This document shows positions 55,586 through 63,753 of a stretch of 64,000 bases of DNA, in pieces. Within the stretch, counting starts at the first letter, position 1. Each line of letters opens with the position of its first letter. The notes beneath the pieces were generated by a model. It saw only the letters and a program-made list of their open reading frames with translations, was not told the origin of the DNA and searched no databases. Both the position numbers and the translations under genes were made by a program. The stretch spans positions 124,001 through 188,000 of the IMG/VR virus record IMGVR_UViG_3300043446_004613, one strand, 5' to 3'.

Positions 55586-56346
55586 TGTCACTGCGCATAA
55601 CCAACTTAAACGGGGTAAACCTCATCGAGCAACCACCAGAGACGGTAGCAGTTGCTGCTTATCCGGTAACCGGCGGTGCCGCAAACATCCAGTGTTTGTT
55701 GATTGAGGACTCAGCCCTGCCGGTTGACTACATCACCGGTACGCTTTACTGGGATGATGGCTCATTACCGGTTGTATACAACGGTACCAGCGCAGGCACG
55801 ATTGTCATTGATGCGACCCGTAACCTACAGCCCGGACAATACGTGGCGCGGGTGGAGGCGCACAATTATGCGGTGATACCGGAGGACTGCGGACGACCGC
55901 ACTGGAACACTGTCAGCGTAAACTTTGGATTCTATGTCCAACCGATTGATAAGCAACCGGTCAAGACGCCGTTGATCTACGGCCCGATTCTGCCAAAGGA
56001 CACCGGTTATCCGAACCAAGACCAATGGAACTGGAATCGCGGTGAAGACATTGAGATTCTTGCTTCTTCTGTAAAGATGCTGCTCACCACGCGCAAAGGC
56101 GAGCGGATCATGCAGCCGGGTTACGGTACCAATCTGCACGCCATCTTGTTCGAGCTTCAGACCACCGGTATTGAAACATTGGTTCAGCAAGAGATTGTAG
56201 ACGCGCTGGTGCTTTGGGAGCCTCGTGTGAGTTTACGTTCTATACTTGTGGAACGAACGGCAGAACGTGACGTAACAGTGACTGCCGATTTCGTCAGTAA
56301 ACTGAACCAACGGGATTTTACGATCCCAATGACATTCAACACGTGA
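55585..56346 (+). CDS. baseplate wedge protein with C-terminal gp25 domain
   Basis: SVKMLLTTRKGERIMQPGYGTNL...WEPRV gp25 signature, preceded by a PKD-like domain. Confidence 0.85.
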   Translation: MSLRITNLNGVNLIEQPPETVAVAAYPVTGGAANIQCLLIEDSALPVDYITGTLYWDDGSLPVVYNGTSAGTIVIDATRNLQPGQYVARVEAHNYAVIPEDCGRPHWNTVSVNFGFYVQPIDKQPVKTPLIYGPILPKDTGYPNQDQWNWNRGEDIEILASSVKMLLTTRKGERIMQPGYGTNLHAILFELQTTGIETLVQQEIVDALVLWEPRVSLRSILVERTAERDVTVTADFVSKLNQRDFTIPMTFNT

Positions 56347-56702
56347 ACGAAATTGACGCGAAAACGTTTGACCGGCGGACTTTTATCGATCGGTACATGA
56401 AAGAAGGTGGATTGACGTACAGTCAAGCCTGCCGCCTGCACACCGTAACCTGTAACGTATTTGAAGAGGCTATCATCACCGGCAGTAAAGTTACCATCGG
56501 GCGTGTTGGAGCCATCGTTCCCTGCTGGCGTTCACCGCGAGAAATCCAGATGCACTTTCGGCGGACGGGCCAGAAGGTCGAAAAAGGTGTTCACCGCACT
56601 TTTTTCATGGACGGACGCTACGAGTTCAAGTTCCGCCTCTACCGGCGATTCTTGGAATCTCGGAACCTAAAGTGGATGGTAGATATGCCGGTCAGTAGTT
56701 AA
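56343..56702 (+). CDS. HU/IHF-like DNA-binding protein
   Basis: EAIITGSKVTIGRVG...RSPR arm...FKFR pattern. Confidence 0.65.
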   Translation: MNEIDAKTFDRRTFIDRYMKEGGLTYSQACRLHTVTCNVFEEAIITGSKVTIGRVGAIVPCWRSPREIQMHFRRTGQKVEKGVHRTFFMDGRYEFKFRLYRRFLESRNLKWMVDMPVSS

Positions 56703-56708
56703 AAGCGT

Positions 56709-58043
56709 ATGGCAATAAAACCACTCGATTTACCGGCAGCAGCTGGTGTTGATTATAGCGGCGGCGATGTGCGGCACTTCTCGCAAGGTGACGCTGTTAA
56801 CGTGCCCGGCTTGAGCGCCCCGACACGCAATCTAGCTGAGCGCGACAATCTTATCGGGGAAAAAGTCAACGAGATCATCAGCACGGTGAACAACCGCGAA
56901 CAGTTTGTTCCCCTGCCGGTAATCCGCACCACCGTACCTCCCGGCGAAGAGATCATCGTCACAAATTACCGTATTCCGGCAGGCTATGAATCGCGGGTGC
57001 TTAACGCAGTCATCAGCGCCACGCCAACCAGCAATCTGGCGCAGCTGAACGTCTATTACTCGGATACGTATGGCGGTTCGACGGGTACAGCTGTGGTTAC
57101 AACCACACCTAGCAGCGAATTCAACGGTGACGTCAATTTTTATCAGACCGGCGAATTCATCGTTTCACTGAAAAACACTGGAGCCGCCACGCTCGAACTG
57201 GCCGCCAGCTTGATGCTGACGATGCGTCCGTTGGGTGCTGAAGGTACGCTTCTTGTCGGCACGGTCATCCAAGGCGAACAAGGGCCTCCCGGCCCGAAAG
57301 GTGCGCCCGGCCCGCAGGGGCCTCCCGGTACCGGCGGTGTTGGTTCTCCCGGCATGATCTGGCGCGGCGCTTGGTTGAACGCTACAGGCTACCTGACAAA
57401 CGACGTGGTCAGCTATGACTACAGCGGAACGTACGGGTCTTGGATTTGCCGTAATGCTCATGTGTCATCGCTGGGTGTTAACGATCCGGCTGTTGATCCG
57501 GCCACTTGGAATTTTGTTAGCTACGGTATCTATGCCCAAGGCCCCGCAGGCCCTACAGGCCCTACCGGTGGTGAGCCTGTGTTCAGCCAGCAAGACATCA
57601 GCGGTACGATCTTTACGTCGAATACCTACGTGTCGCGTCCGTACAGTGCCGATTACACGGCAGGTGTCGTATCAGCTGCGAGCACTAAATATCCGATTGC
57701 TGTGCGTGAATCGGTCATCACTAACGCTTCAGGTACGATCGGCTTTGCTTTTCTGGAAGCTTCCTACAAGACATGCTTCAGCGGAAGTCTGTCTATCATA
57801 CTACCGAACAAGGCGTTCAACGGCGCGGCTGCGAACTACAACACGTCCAGCATCAGCCTTCAAGTAGCAGCGGCAGGTACATTCGTGTCCGCAGGTACAG
57901 CCACGAACTCTTCAGTTTCCGGCGGGGTTTATTCCAAGCTGTTTGAGCAGACAACGTACAGTTACGGTTGGGGTATCAAGGTGCTGTCACCGGACGCGCT
58001 TCCAATGTCATTCCTGATTTCTGGCGTTCAGTCCGTTCCTTGA
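56709..58043 (+). CDS. tail fibre-like protein with collagen-like Gly-X-Y repeats
   Basis: GEQGPPGPKGAPGPQGPPG and GPAGPTGPTG; WRGAW...Y..NDVVSY module. Confidence 0.75.
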   Translation: MAIKPLDLPAAAGVDYSGGDVRHFSQGDAVNVPGLSAPTRNLAERDNLIGEKVNEIISTVNNREQFVPLPVIRTTVPPGEEIIVTNYRIPAGYESRVLNAVISATPTSNLAQLNVYYSDTYGGSTGTAVVTTTPSSEFNGDVNFYQTGEFIVSLKNTGAATLELAASLMLTMRPLGAEGTLLVGTVIQGEQGPPGPKGAPGPQGPPGTGGVGSPGMIWRGAWLNATGYLTNDVVSYDYSGTYGSWICRNAHVSSLGVNDPAVDPATWNFVSYGIYAQGPAGPTGPTGGEPVFSQQDISGTIFTSNTYVSRPYSADYTAGVVSAASTKYPIAVRESVITNASGTIGFAFLEASYKTCFSGSLSIILPNKAFNGAAANYNTSSISLQVAAAGTFVSAGTATNSSVSGGVYSKLFEQTTYSYGWGIKVLSPDALPMSFLISGVQSVP

Positions 58044-58368
58044 TGAACTGAAGGTAGCTGGGAAAAGTACAGTCAGGAAAAAGGTCATCCACTGAAATTT
58101 TAAGCTGTTCCGCTATGCGGTTCATCGCTTCATCGTCTTTACCTTCACGGTGTAAGCGAACAAGTTCCAGATCAAAAGCTGCCAGCGCCTGCCAATCGTA
58201 GCTGCTGCGCTCCTCAGCCCTCATGACCAATGTTCCTTGGGTGTGGTGATAAGCTGCAACCAATATCGGCCATTCCCGAAGCACATAAGCAAAAACCCGG
58301 CGCATATCGTCTTTTTCGTCCTGCGTCCACGCGTGAACGTTTTTAACATGCGCACAGATTGTGTTCAT
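57976..58368 (-). CDS. hypothetical protein
   Basis: 130 aa, ATGA coupled to the upstream minus-strand gene. Confidence 0.5.
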   Translation of the reverse strand: MNTICAHVKNVHAWTQDEKDDMRRVFAYVLREWPILVAAYHHTQGTLVMRAEERSSYDWQALAAFDLELVRLHREGKDDEAMNRIAEQLKISVDDLFPDCTFPSYLQFIKERTERQKSGMTLEARPVTAP

Positions 58369-59504
58369 ATCGGAGGCCCCGGCGGATAGTAATAGTTGTC
58401 AGAGTAGACCGGATCATTCGCCAGTGTGATACGCGAAGCCGATTGATTCGTATCAGGGCCGGAAAATATCCAGCTGCCATCCTCGTCGTTACAACGGAAA
58501 TAGCACCAATTTGTATACGTTGATCCAGCCGCGTTCGTAAACTTACCCCGCACCAAAGCTCCGGGTTGACCACTGTTATTGCCTGAAGCTGTCCTGATAA
58601 CAAGTTCGTACGGGTATTCCGCAGTTCCGACCATCTTCGAGTGTGTATTAACCCAGCTTACTTGAGCCGGTACAGCGGTAAATCCTGTGCTGTATACAAG
58701 AGATACCCATTCGCCTGAGCCTAAAAGCGGATCAGTTGGGCCGGTAGGCACGTAGCTGTTGAGTTGCCATTCAAAAATGTACGGAAGGGTACCGCCAGCA
58801 GGCAAATTAACGTAGAAGTAACCAAACTGGGTATCATCACGCCCCATCGAGCAGTAGTTGCAGTTAGTTCCGATCAAAGTCGTTATCCCCGGAAAAGCCG
58901 GACGTACCGGCTGTAGCGGGCCGCCCAGTCTGCGACTGCATGGAAGCAAAAGCTCAACGCCGTCTACGATGATACGCGCAAGGTAATCCGCAACCCGATG
59001 GCCTGCGCTATCGACCGTGACCTGTGGGATCACTTGGTACAAGCCGCCGCTGTGTGTTTCCCAGTGTGCTTCCTGCGTGTGCGGCAGCAGCACCTGCGTA
59101 TTCGTATTGATCAAGTCTTGCTCGTCTTGTGGTGTGAAGTCGGTGACCCACGCAGTACCTCCGGGCGCGGTGGTAATCGTCGGCGTGTTGAGCGTGCGGC
59201 TTATGCCTGTCTCGGGGTCTTTACCCGGAAGTGACGTGGCTTCAATCGGAACAAAGTAGTTGATGCGGTTGTAGTTCAGCACCATGTAGTAGCGACCAAC
59301 GCGATCACCGTGGCTGTCCAGATACATGCTTACGTCGTTACCGGCGGCATCGTAGTAGGGCACCGGCAGGTAGCGCAAGTTGATGCCGTGCGCTTTAGAC
59401 AGCGAAGCGTTAGCGTGCTTGAACAAGTTGTTTACAAGCTCAGTCTGTGCCGCTTTTATCTGCTCAAGTCGCGCACGGGTAACGAGATTTTGTTGTGAAG
59501 CCAT
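58365..59504 (-). CDS. virion/fibre protein with an Ig-like C-terminal region
   Basis: 379 aa, YIFEWQ...GKFTNAAGS Ig-like strands. Confidence 0.55.
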   Translation of the reverse strand: MASQQNLVTRARLEQIKAAQTELVNNLFKHANASLSKAHGINLRYLPVPYYDAAGNDVSMYLDSHGDRVGRYYMVLNYNRINYFVPIEATSLPGKDPETGISRTLNTPTITTAPGGTAWVTDFTPQDEQDLINTNTQVLLPHTQEAHWETHSGGLYQVIPQVTVDSAGHRVADYLARIIVDGVELLLPCSRRLGGPLQPVRPAFPGITTLIGTNCNYCSMGRDDTQFGYFYVNLPAGGTLPYIFEWQLNSYVPTGPTDPLLGSGEWVSLVYSTGFTAVPAQVSWVNTHSKMVGTAEYPYELVIRTASGNNSGQPGALVRGKFTNAAGSTYTNWCYFRCNDEDGSWIFSGPDTNQSASRITLANDPVYSDNYYYPPGPPI

Positions 59505-59507
59505 AGG

Positions 59508-60638
59508 TTATCCAAGGGGCGGCAGAATCACGTTAGTTCCGGCGCTGCTTATACTGGCAGGCCCGGATATGTGGGCCAGCCCGTACATCGCGAAATTGAA
59601 GAATCCTTTCCAGAAACTGTTATGTGCCACGTAGCCATTGACCACGTACACGTCGGTAGGTTCAACATCCAGATTGTAGGTTTCAACATGTCCGCGCACG
59701 TATGACATGCGATCGATCGTTACCGACATCCCATCTTTCCAGAGAAGGTCGCCAACAACCAAGTCCTGAACCTGACGAAAAGCCCAGATGCCAGAGCGAC
59801 AGGTAAGCAGCGGATGTTCGTAAGTAACACGAAGGTCGAGCAACTGAAAGTAACCGGTGAACTGCTGATGCAGGACGCGCTTGACCGTTGATGGTGACGC
59901 ACGCATCACCAGTTCCTTAGCCGACCACGTTTTCCACGCGTCCTCGTTATCTGGATTTAGGCCGTTGATCTTGTATGACATGACCTTGTCGCCGACTTTG
60001 ACATCGCAGATGAGCTTTTGCGTGCCATCAGCCATTGTAACCGGCGTGTCTGGCAAAAAGCAGCCGTCTTTGTGGTATCTGAAACCTGAACTGATCGGCG
60101 ATACCGTCAAATGCGCGGAACTGCTGACCGTTGTTCCGTAGCTGTTCGATACGACTACATCGTAATTTCCACTGTTCGCTGTAGTGCAATACGGTATGAG
60201 GTAAGCGGCTGTATTTCCGTTAGCTACGTTTGTGCCGTTGAAACGCCACTGATAGCTCATTTCCACCGGGCTGATAGCTTTAACCACAAACTCTGCCGGA
60301 TCAGTTGTATACACAGATAGCGGCTCCGGTTGGCGCACAATGTACGGCGTGCTTCCAACCTCGTAGGCTGTCGAACCGGATATGATTGCAGGCAGTGTAA
60401 AGGCAGCATCGCCGGTACCGTCTACGTTGGTACCTGTCAGCTGCACCCGCAGCAGAAAAGCGCCGTTTATGGTATGACCCGTGTCGTGCTCAGCGAAAGT
60501 TGTGCCGTAAAAGCGCACTTGATTATGAGCGCCCCAGTCCCCAGATGCGTGGGCGGCGGCGGAGTTCTCGTAACCGGTAACGGCTTGATAAACGGCAGCT
60601 TCGCTGGCAGACGTCAGTATGTTTACGTTCTGCCGCAT
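59508..60638 (-). CDS. Ig-domain virion protein containing a Hint domain
   Basis: IVRQP...SYQWRFNG...NSGNYDVVVSN I-set-like Ig domain, then a Hint domain and a 36-aa tail. Confidence 0.8.
   Translation of the reverse strand: MRQNVNILTSASEAAVYQAVTGYENSAAAHASGDWGAHNQVRFYGTTFAEHDTGHTINGAFLLRVQLTGTNVDGTGDAAFTLPAIISGSTAYEVGSTPYIVRQPEPLSVYTTDPAEFVVKAISPVEMSYQWRFNGTNVANGNTAAYLIPYCTTANSGNYDVVVSNSYGTTVSSSAHLTVSPISSGFRYHKDGCFLPDTPVTMADGTQKLICDVKVGDKVMSYKINGLNPDNEDAWKTWSAKELVMRASPSTVKRVLHQQFTGYFQLLDLRVTYEHPLLTCRSGIWAFRQVQDLVVGDLLWKDGMSVTIDRMSYVRGHVETYNLDVEPTDVYVVNGYVAHNSFWKGFFNFAMYGLAHISGPASISSAGTNVILPPLG
59619..60062 (-). mobile_element. 148-aa mini-intein / Hint domain without endonuclease
   Basis: starts CFLPDT, block B TYEH (TxxH), block F TYNLDVE, ends HN with +1 Ser. 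Confidence 0.8.
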
Positions 60639-60645
60639 GTTTTAA

Positions 60646-61104
60646 TTATTCGCGTGGCGGCTCAGGCAAAGCAATCTCTTCTTCGCCAGCACCTTCAGGT
60701 GAAGCCAGTTGTTCGGCTGTTTCTGCCTCGCTGGGTTCTTCGCCGGGTTCAGGCAGACCAGCTTCTGGGCCGCCTTCGACCGGAGCTTCCATGCTCTCAG
60801 GCTCTTGTGTCGGCACCTCTTGCGCGTCTTCTGGCGCACCGGCATCTGGCGGCGCATTAGGCGGGAGCGGGATAGCCATATCGCTTTCCGCATCACCTTC
60901 GCCCTCACCTTCACCCTTGCCTTCATCCTCCTCTTCGCCGGGGCCGGGCACGCGTTCCATGTACCACTGCCATTCCGCGTTGAGTTCGTCGGCAACAGGA
61001 TCACTGTGGTTATTGGCCAGCGCTGCTGCGATCGCCTCGATTTGACCCCAGCTAAGTTCTAACTTATAATCGTTATAAGTTTTTTTAATCTTTTCGAGTT
61101 TCAT
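60646..61104 (-). CDS. acidic Glu/Pro-rich hypothetical protein
   Basis: 152 aa with a low-complexity C-terminal half. Confidence 0.6.
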   Translation of the reverse strand: MKLEKIKKTYNDYKLELSWGQIEAIAAALANNHSDPVADELNAEWQWYMERVPGPGEEEDEGKGEGEGEGDAESDMAIPLPPNAPPDAGAPEDAQEVPTQEPESMEAPVEGGPEAGLPEPGEEPSEAETAEQLASPEGAGEEEIALPEPPRE

Positions 61105-61290
61105 GGTTTTGCTTTATTTTTGTGTAAACGCGGACGCACCAGTCGTAAAACTCGGCCAAGCTGTTATCGCTTTTAGCATAGTTGCATACTTTACAGCAGG
61201 GAACTGCGTTTTCAGGAACGTACGCCATATCATTATCTACACGATCAAGATCGCTATAGTTAAAGCCGCCGTTTATTCCGTAGCCGTGTA
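61085..61290 (-). pseudogene. remnant of an HNH endonuclease gene
   Basis: frame reads DLDRVDNDMAYVPENAVPCCKVCNYAKS...EFYDWC, the C-terminal half of phage HNH nucleases; no N-terminal part. Confidence 0.6.
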
Positions 61291-61326
61291 TAAGAACAGA
61301 ATCGGCGGCTTGCTGTTCTTAACACC

Positions 61327-62463
61327 ATGAATCTGATCACATTCAATGACCCGATCACAATCGCCTTCAAGAAAAGCGCCGGTGGCGTCACTCAAACCTT
61401 TGAAGCCAACCGTCCATACCTGATCGCCAATGCGCAGATTGAGCGCATCATGCGCGATCAACAAGTCAGCGGACGCGCTTACAAAATCAGCCGCGCCGAC
61501 ACACGTATTCCGAACGCGCATAAAGCCGCTTTCAACCGTAATGACAGCGTTCTGATCTACAACGGCAGCGGCGGCTACGGCGACCAGATTTTGACTTGGC
61601 CGGTGGCGCGTTATCTTGCCAATCAGGGTTTGAAAGTCCACGTCTTAACTGACCCCGGCAACAACGTATGCTGGTGGGGATTTGACTTCGTCAAGACGGT
61701 GAACACGATTCCGTTGCTTTGGGAGACTGTTCAGCTATATGACCACTTCATCCACTGGGAGGCGGTGGTTAACATGGACGAGCATCAGGATCAGGAGCAT
61801 CCGATTGACATGATGTTCCGCAAGATAGGCTACGATCCGGCGGATATTTCGGCTGAGGACAAGTGCGTGCGCCCTGTGTTTACGCCAAGTGAACTAGGCA
61901 CCTTGAACAAATACGTGACTTCCGGCAAGCGCGTCGGTCTTTACCAGCTATCCAGTGCCAATCCAGTGCGCTGCCTGCCTGCGGCGGACAGCGTGTTCTT
62001 GATCATGAAGATTGCTGAAGCCTATCCTGACATTCACTGGCTCTGCCTGCATGACGAGTTTGTGCCCAAGGAGTACAAAGAGACACTGGCTGTTGAAATT
62101 ACCAAGCGCGGTTTTACGAATGTGGAAGGTTTTACGGCTCCTAATCTGCGCGAACTGTGGGCGCTGACAGAGCACGTGAATGTGGTTATCAGCCCTGACA
62201 GCATGATGGCCCACATCGCCGGAGCTTTCGGTACTCCCTGCGTAGGTCTTTGGGGGCCGATGTCACCGGAAAGTCGGATGAAATACTACAAGAACCACCA
62301 CCCGATCTACCATCGCGAGTTCTGCCCGCACAGCCCCTGCTTTGTATACAGTAACACATTCCCGAAATATTGTCCGCCTCGCGCAAATCGCAATGTCTGC
62401 GACGTTATGGCCGGTATTTCGCCTTCGGAAGTGATTAGCGCTATCGGTCACATCTGTAGATAG
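61327..62463 (+). CDS. glycosyltransferase family 9 (heptosyltransferase-like)
   Basis: GGYGDQILTWP and VISPDSMMAHIAGAFGTPCVGLWGP signature. Confidence 0.85.
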   Translation: MNLITFNDPITIAFKKSAGGVTQTFEANRPYLIANAQIERIMRDQQVSGRAYKISRADTRIPNAHKAAFNRNDSVLIYNGSGGYGDQILTWPVARYLANQGLKVHVLTDPGNNVCWWGFDFVKTVNTIPLLWETVQLYDHFIHWEAVVNMDEHQDQEHPIDMMFRKIGYDPADISAEDKCVRPVFTPSELGTLNKYVTSGKRVGLYQLSSANPVRCLPAADSVFLIMKIAEAYPDIHWLCLHDEFVPKEYKETLAVEITKRGFTNVEGFTAPNLRELWALTEHVNVVISPDSMMAHIAGAFGTPCVGLWGPMSPESRMKYYKNHHPIYHREFCPHSPCFVYSNTFPKYCPPRANRNVCDVMAGISPSEVISAIGHICR

Positions 62464-62597
62464 TTCATGAACGATGAACCGATAAATACTGAGTATATTG
62501 ATCCCGAGGCTGAACGCTATCGGTCACATCTGTAGATAGTTCATGAACGATGAACCGTTAAATCCTGAGCATCTTGATCCCGAAGCTGAACGCTATC
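62439..62597 (+). repeat. 76-bp tandem duplication bounded by CGCTATC
   Basis: CGCTATC at 62439, 62515 and 62591; first 43 nt identical, 5 substitutions in the remainder. Confidence 0.92.
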
Positions 62598-63271
62598 TCA
62601 GCCAGCTTCCGCCCGCGCCGCCAGACGATACGCTTCAAGGTGTCGTTTCCGCGCTGCAACCGTTGGGCATTACAGAGCTTAAGGTGCAATATTCCGGCTA
62701 TGGTGACAGTGGAGACATCGACTACATCAGCATAGAGCCGTCTGACATCGTTTTGCCGGATAAGTTCGATGAAGTGGTTAAAGACGTTGCGTGGAAAACA
62801 GCCTACAATCTACACTCCGGATTTGAGAATAACGAAGGTGGTCAAGGTCATGTAACTTTTGATTTTAACGATAGAACGGTCACGGTATATCACACAGACA
62901 ATGTTGAGTTCGACGAGGAACTGAACATGCCGAATTTACCTTTGCCGGAAGAATTTCGGGAATACACTGGGGATGACGGATCGTGCTACATTAGCTTCTA
63001 CATGGGCAGCGATGGTGATGTCTACTTCAATGATAAAACTGAAGGCATCGATGAAGATGCAAACAATGTTGGGGCTATTTCAACGCTTGTTTTTGATAAC
63101 GCAGACTTAGGGGAAAATGATTCCTACTCTGGAGCAGTGCGCTGGCAAAATGGCTCAGACACCTGCTCTATCAGAGGCACGAAATCATGGACAGCGACTG
63201 ACGAGGATAATGCCTCTGTAAACACGTATACGTTCGATGAAATTTTAGCGAATGAGCAGCTAGGTACCTAA
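62543..63271 (+). CDS. acidic DUF6878-like protein
   Basis: LGITELKVQYSGYGDSG and GFENNEGGQG motifs. Confidence 0.6.
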   Translation: MNDEPLNPEHLDPEAERYLSQLPPAPPDDTLQGVVSALQPLGITELKVQYSGYGDSGDIDYISIEPSDIVLPDKFDEVVKDVAWKTAYNLHSGFENNEGGQGHVTFDFNDRTVTVYHTDNVEFDEELNMPNLPLPEEFREYTGDDGSCYISFYMGSDGDVYFNDKTEGIDEDANNVGAISTLVFDNADLGENDSYSGAVRWQNGSDTCSIRGTKSWTATDEDNASVNTYTFDEILANEQLGT

Positions 63272-63291
63272 CCGGAGGAGTTACCTTAAAC

Positions 63292-63681
63292 ATGGCCACA
63301 TCTTACCACCACGCAGTGAGCAGCGCCCGTAAGTGGGGCGGTAAACCGGATGATTACATCAAGGTTCACACGTGGTTTGATGAATCGAAGATGTTCATGG
63401 CCGATTTCCGGCACCGCGCATTGCGTCACCATGCTGAAGGTATCTTCATGGCTGAACGCTTGTTCGGTACAGTCATCATCAATTCCTTGGGTCGGGAGAT
63501 ACCTGTGCGTTGGATCGGAGAGCAGCATGTGCTTGAAGACCTTGGGTTTATCCCTTCCATGCAAGATTGGTTTGAGCACATCACCCCGGTTCATTGGATG
63601 CGGAACACCAAAAAGCTTCCCGTTGAGATTGAAGCAGAGAAAGCGGCCAAAGCAGCTGCAAAAGCACGTAGTGCGAAGTAA
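63292..63681 (+). CDS. DUF6915-like protein
   Basis: HHAVSSARKWGG, WFDESK, RHRALRHHAEG and EQHVLED motifs. Confidence 0.7.
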   Translation: MATSYHHAVSSARKWGGKPDDYIKVHTWFDESKMFMADFRHRALRHHAEGIFMAERLFGTVIINSLGREIPVRWIGEQHVLEDLGFIPSMQDWFEHITPVHWMRNTKKLPVEIEAEKAAKAAAKARSAK

Positions 63682-63753
63682 TTGTTGATTATTGTTGACG
63701 GTTACTATACCGTCGAGGTGCGACGTTTTTCTGGTTCTTAACGTCGGCCCGCT

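Noticed and set aside
62439-62597. DGR template/variable repeat pair or mini-CRISPR
   Set aside because: Only 3 of 5 differences are at adenines, there is no reverse transcriptase in the window, and there are only two units with no spacer structure
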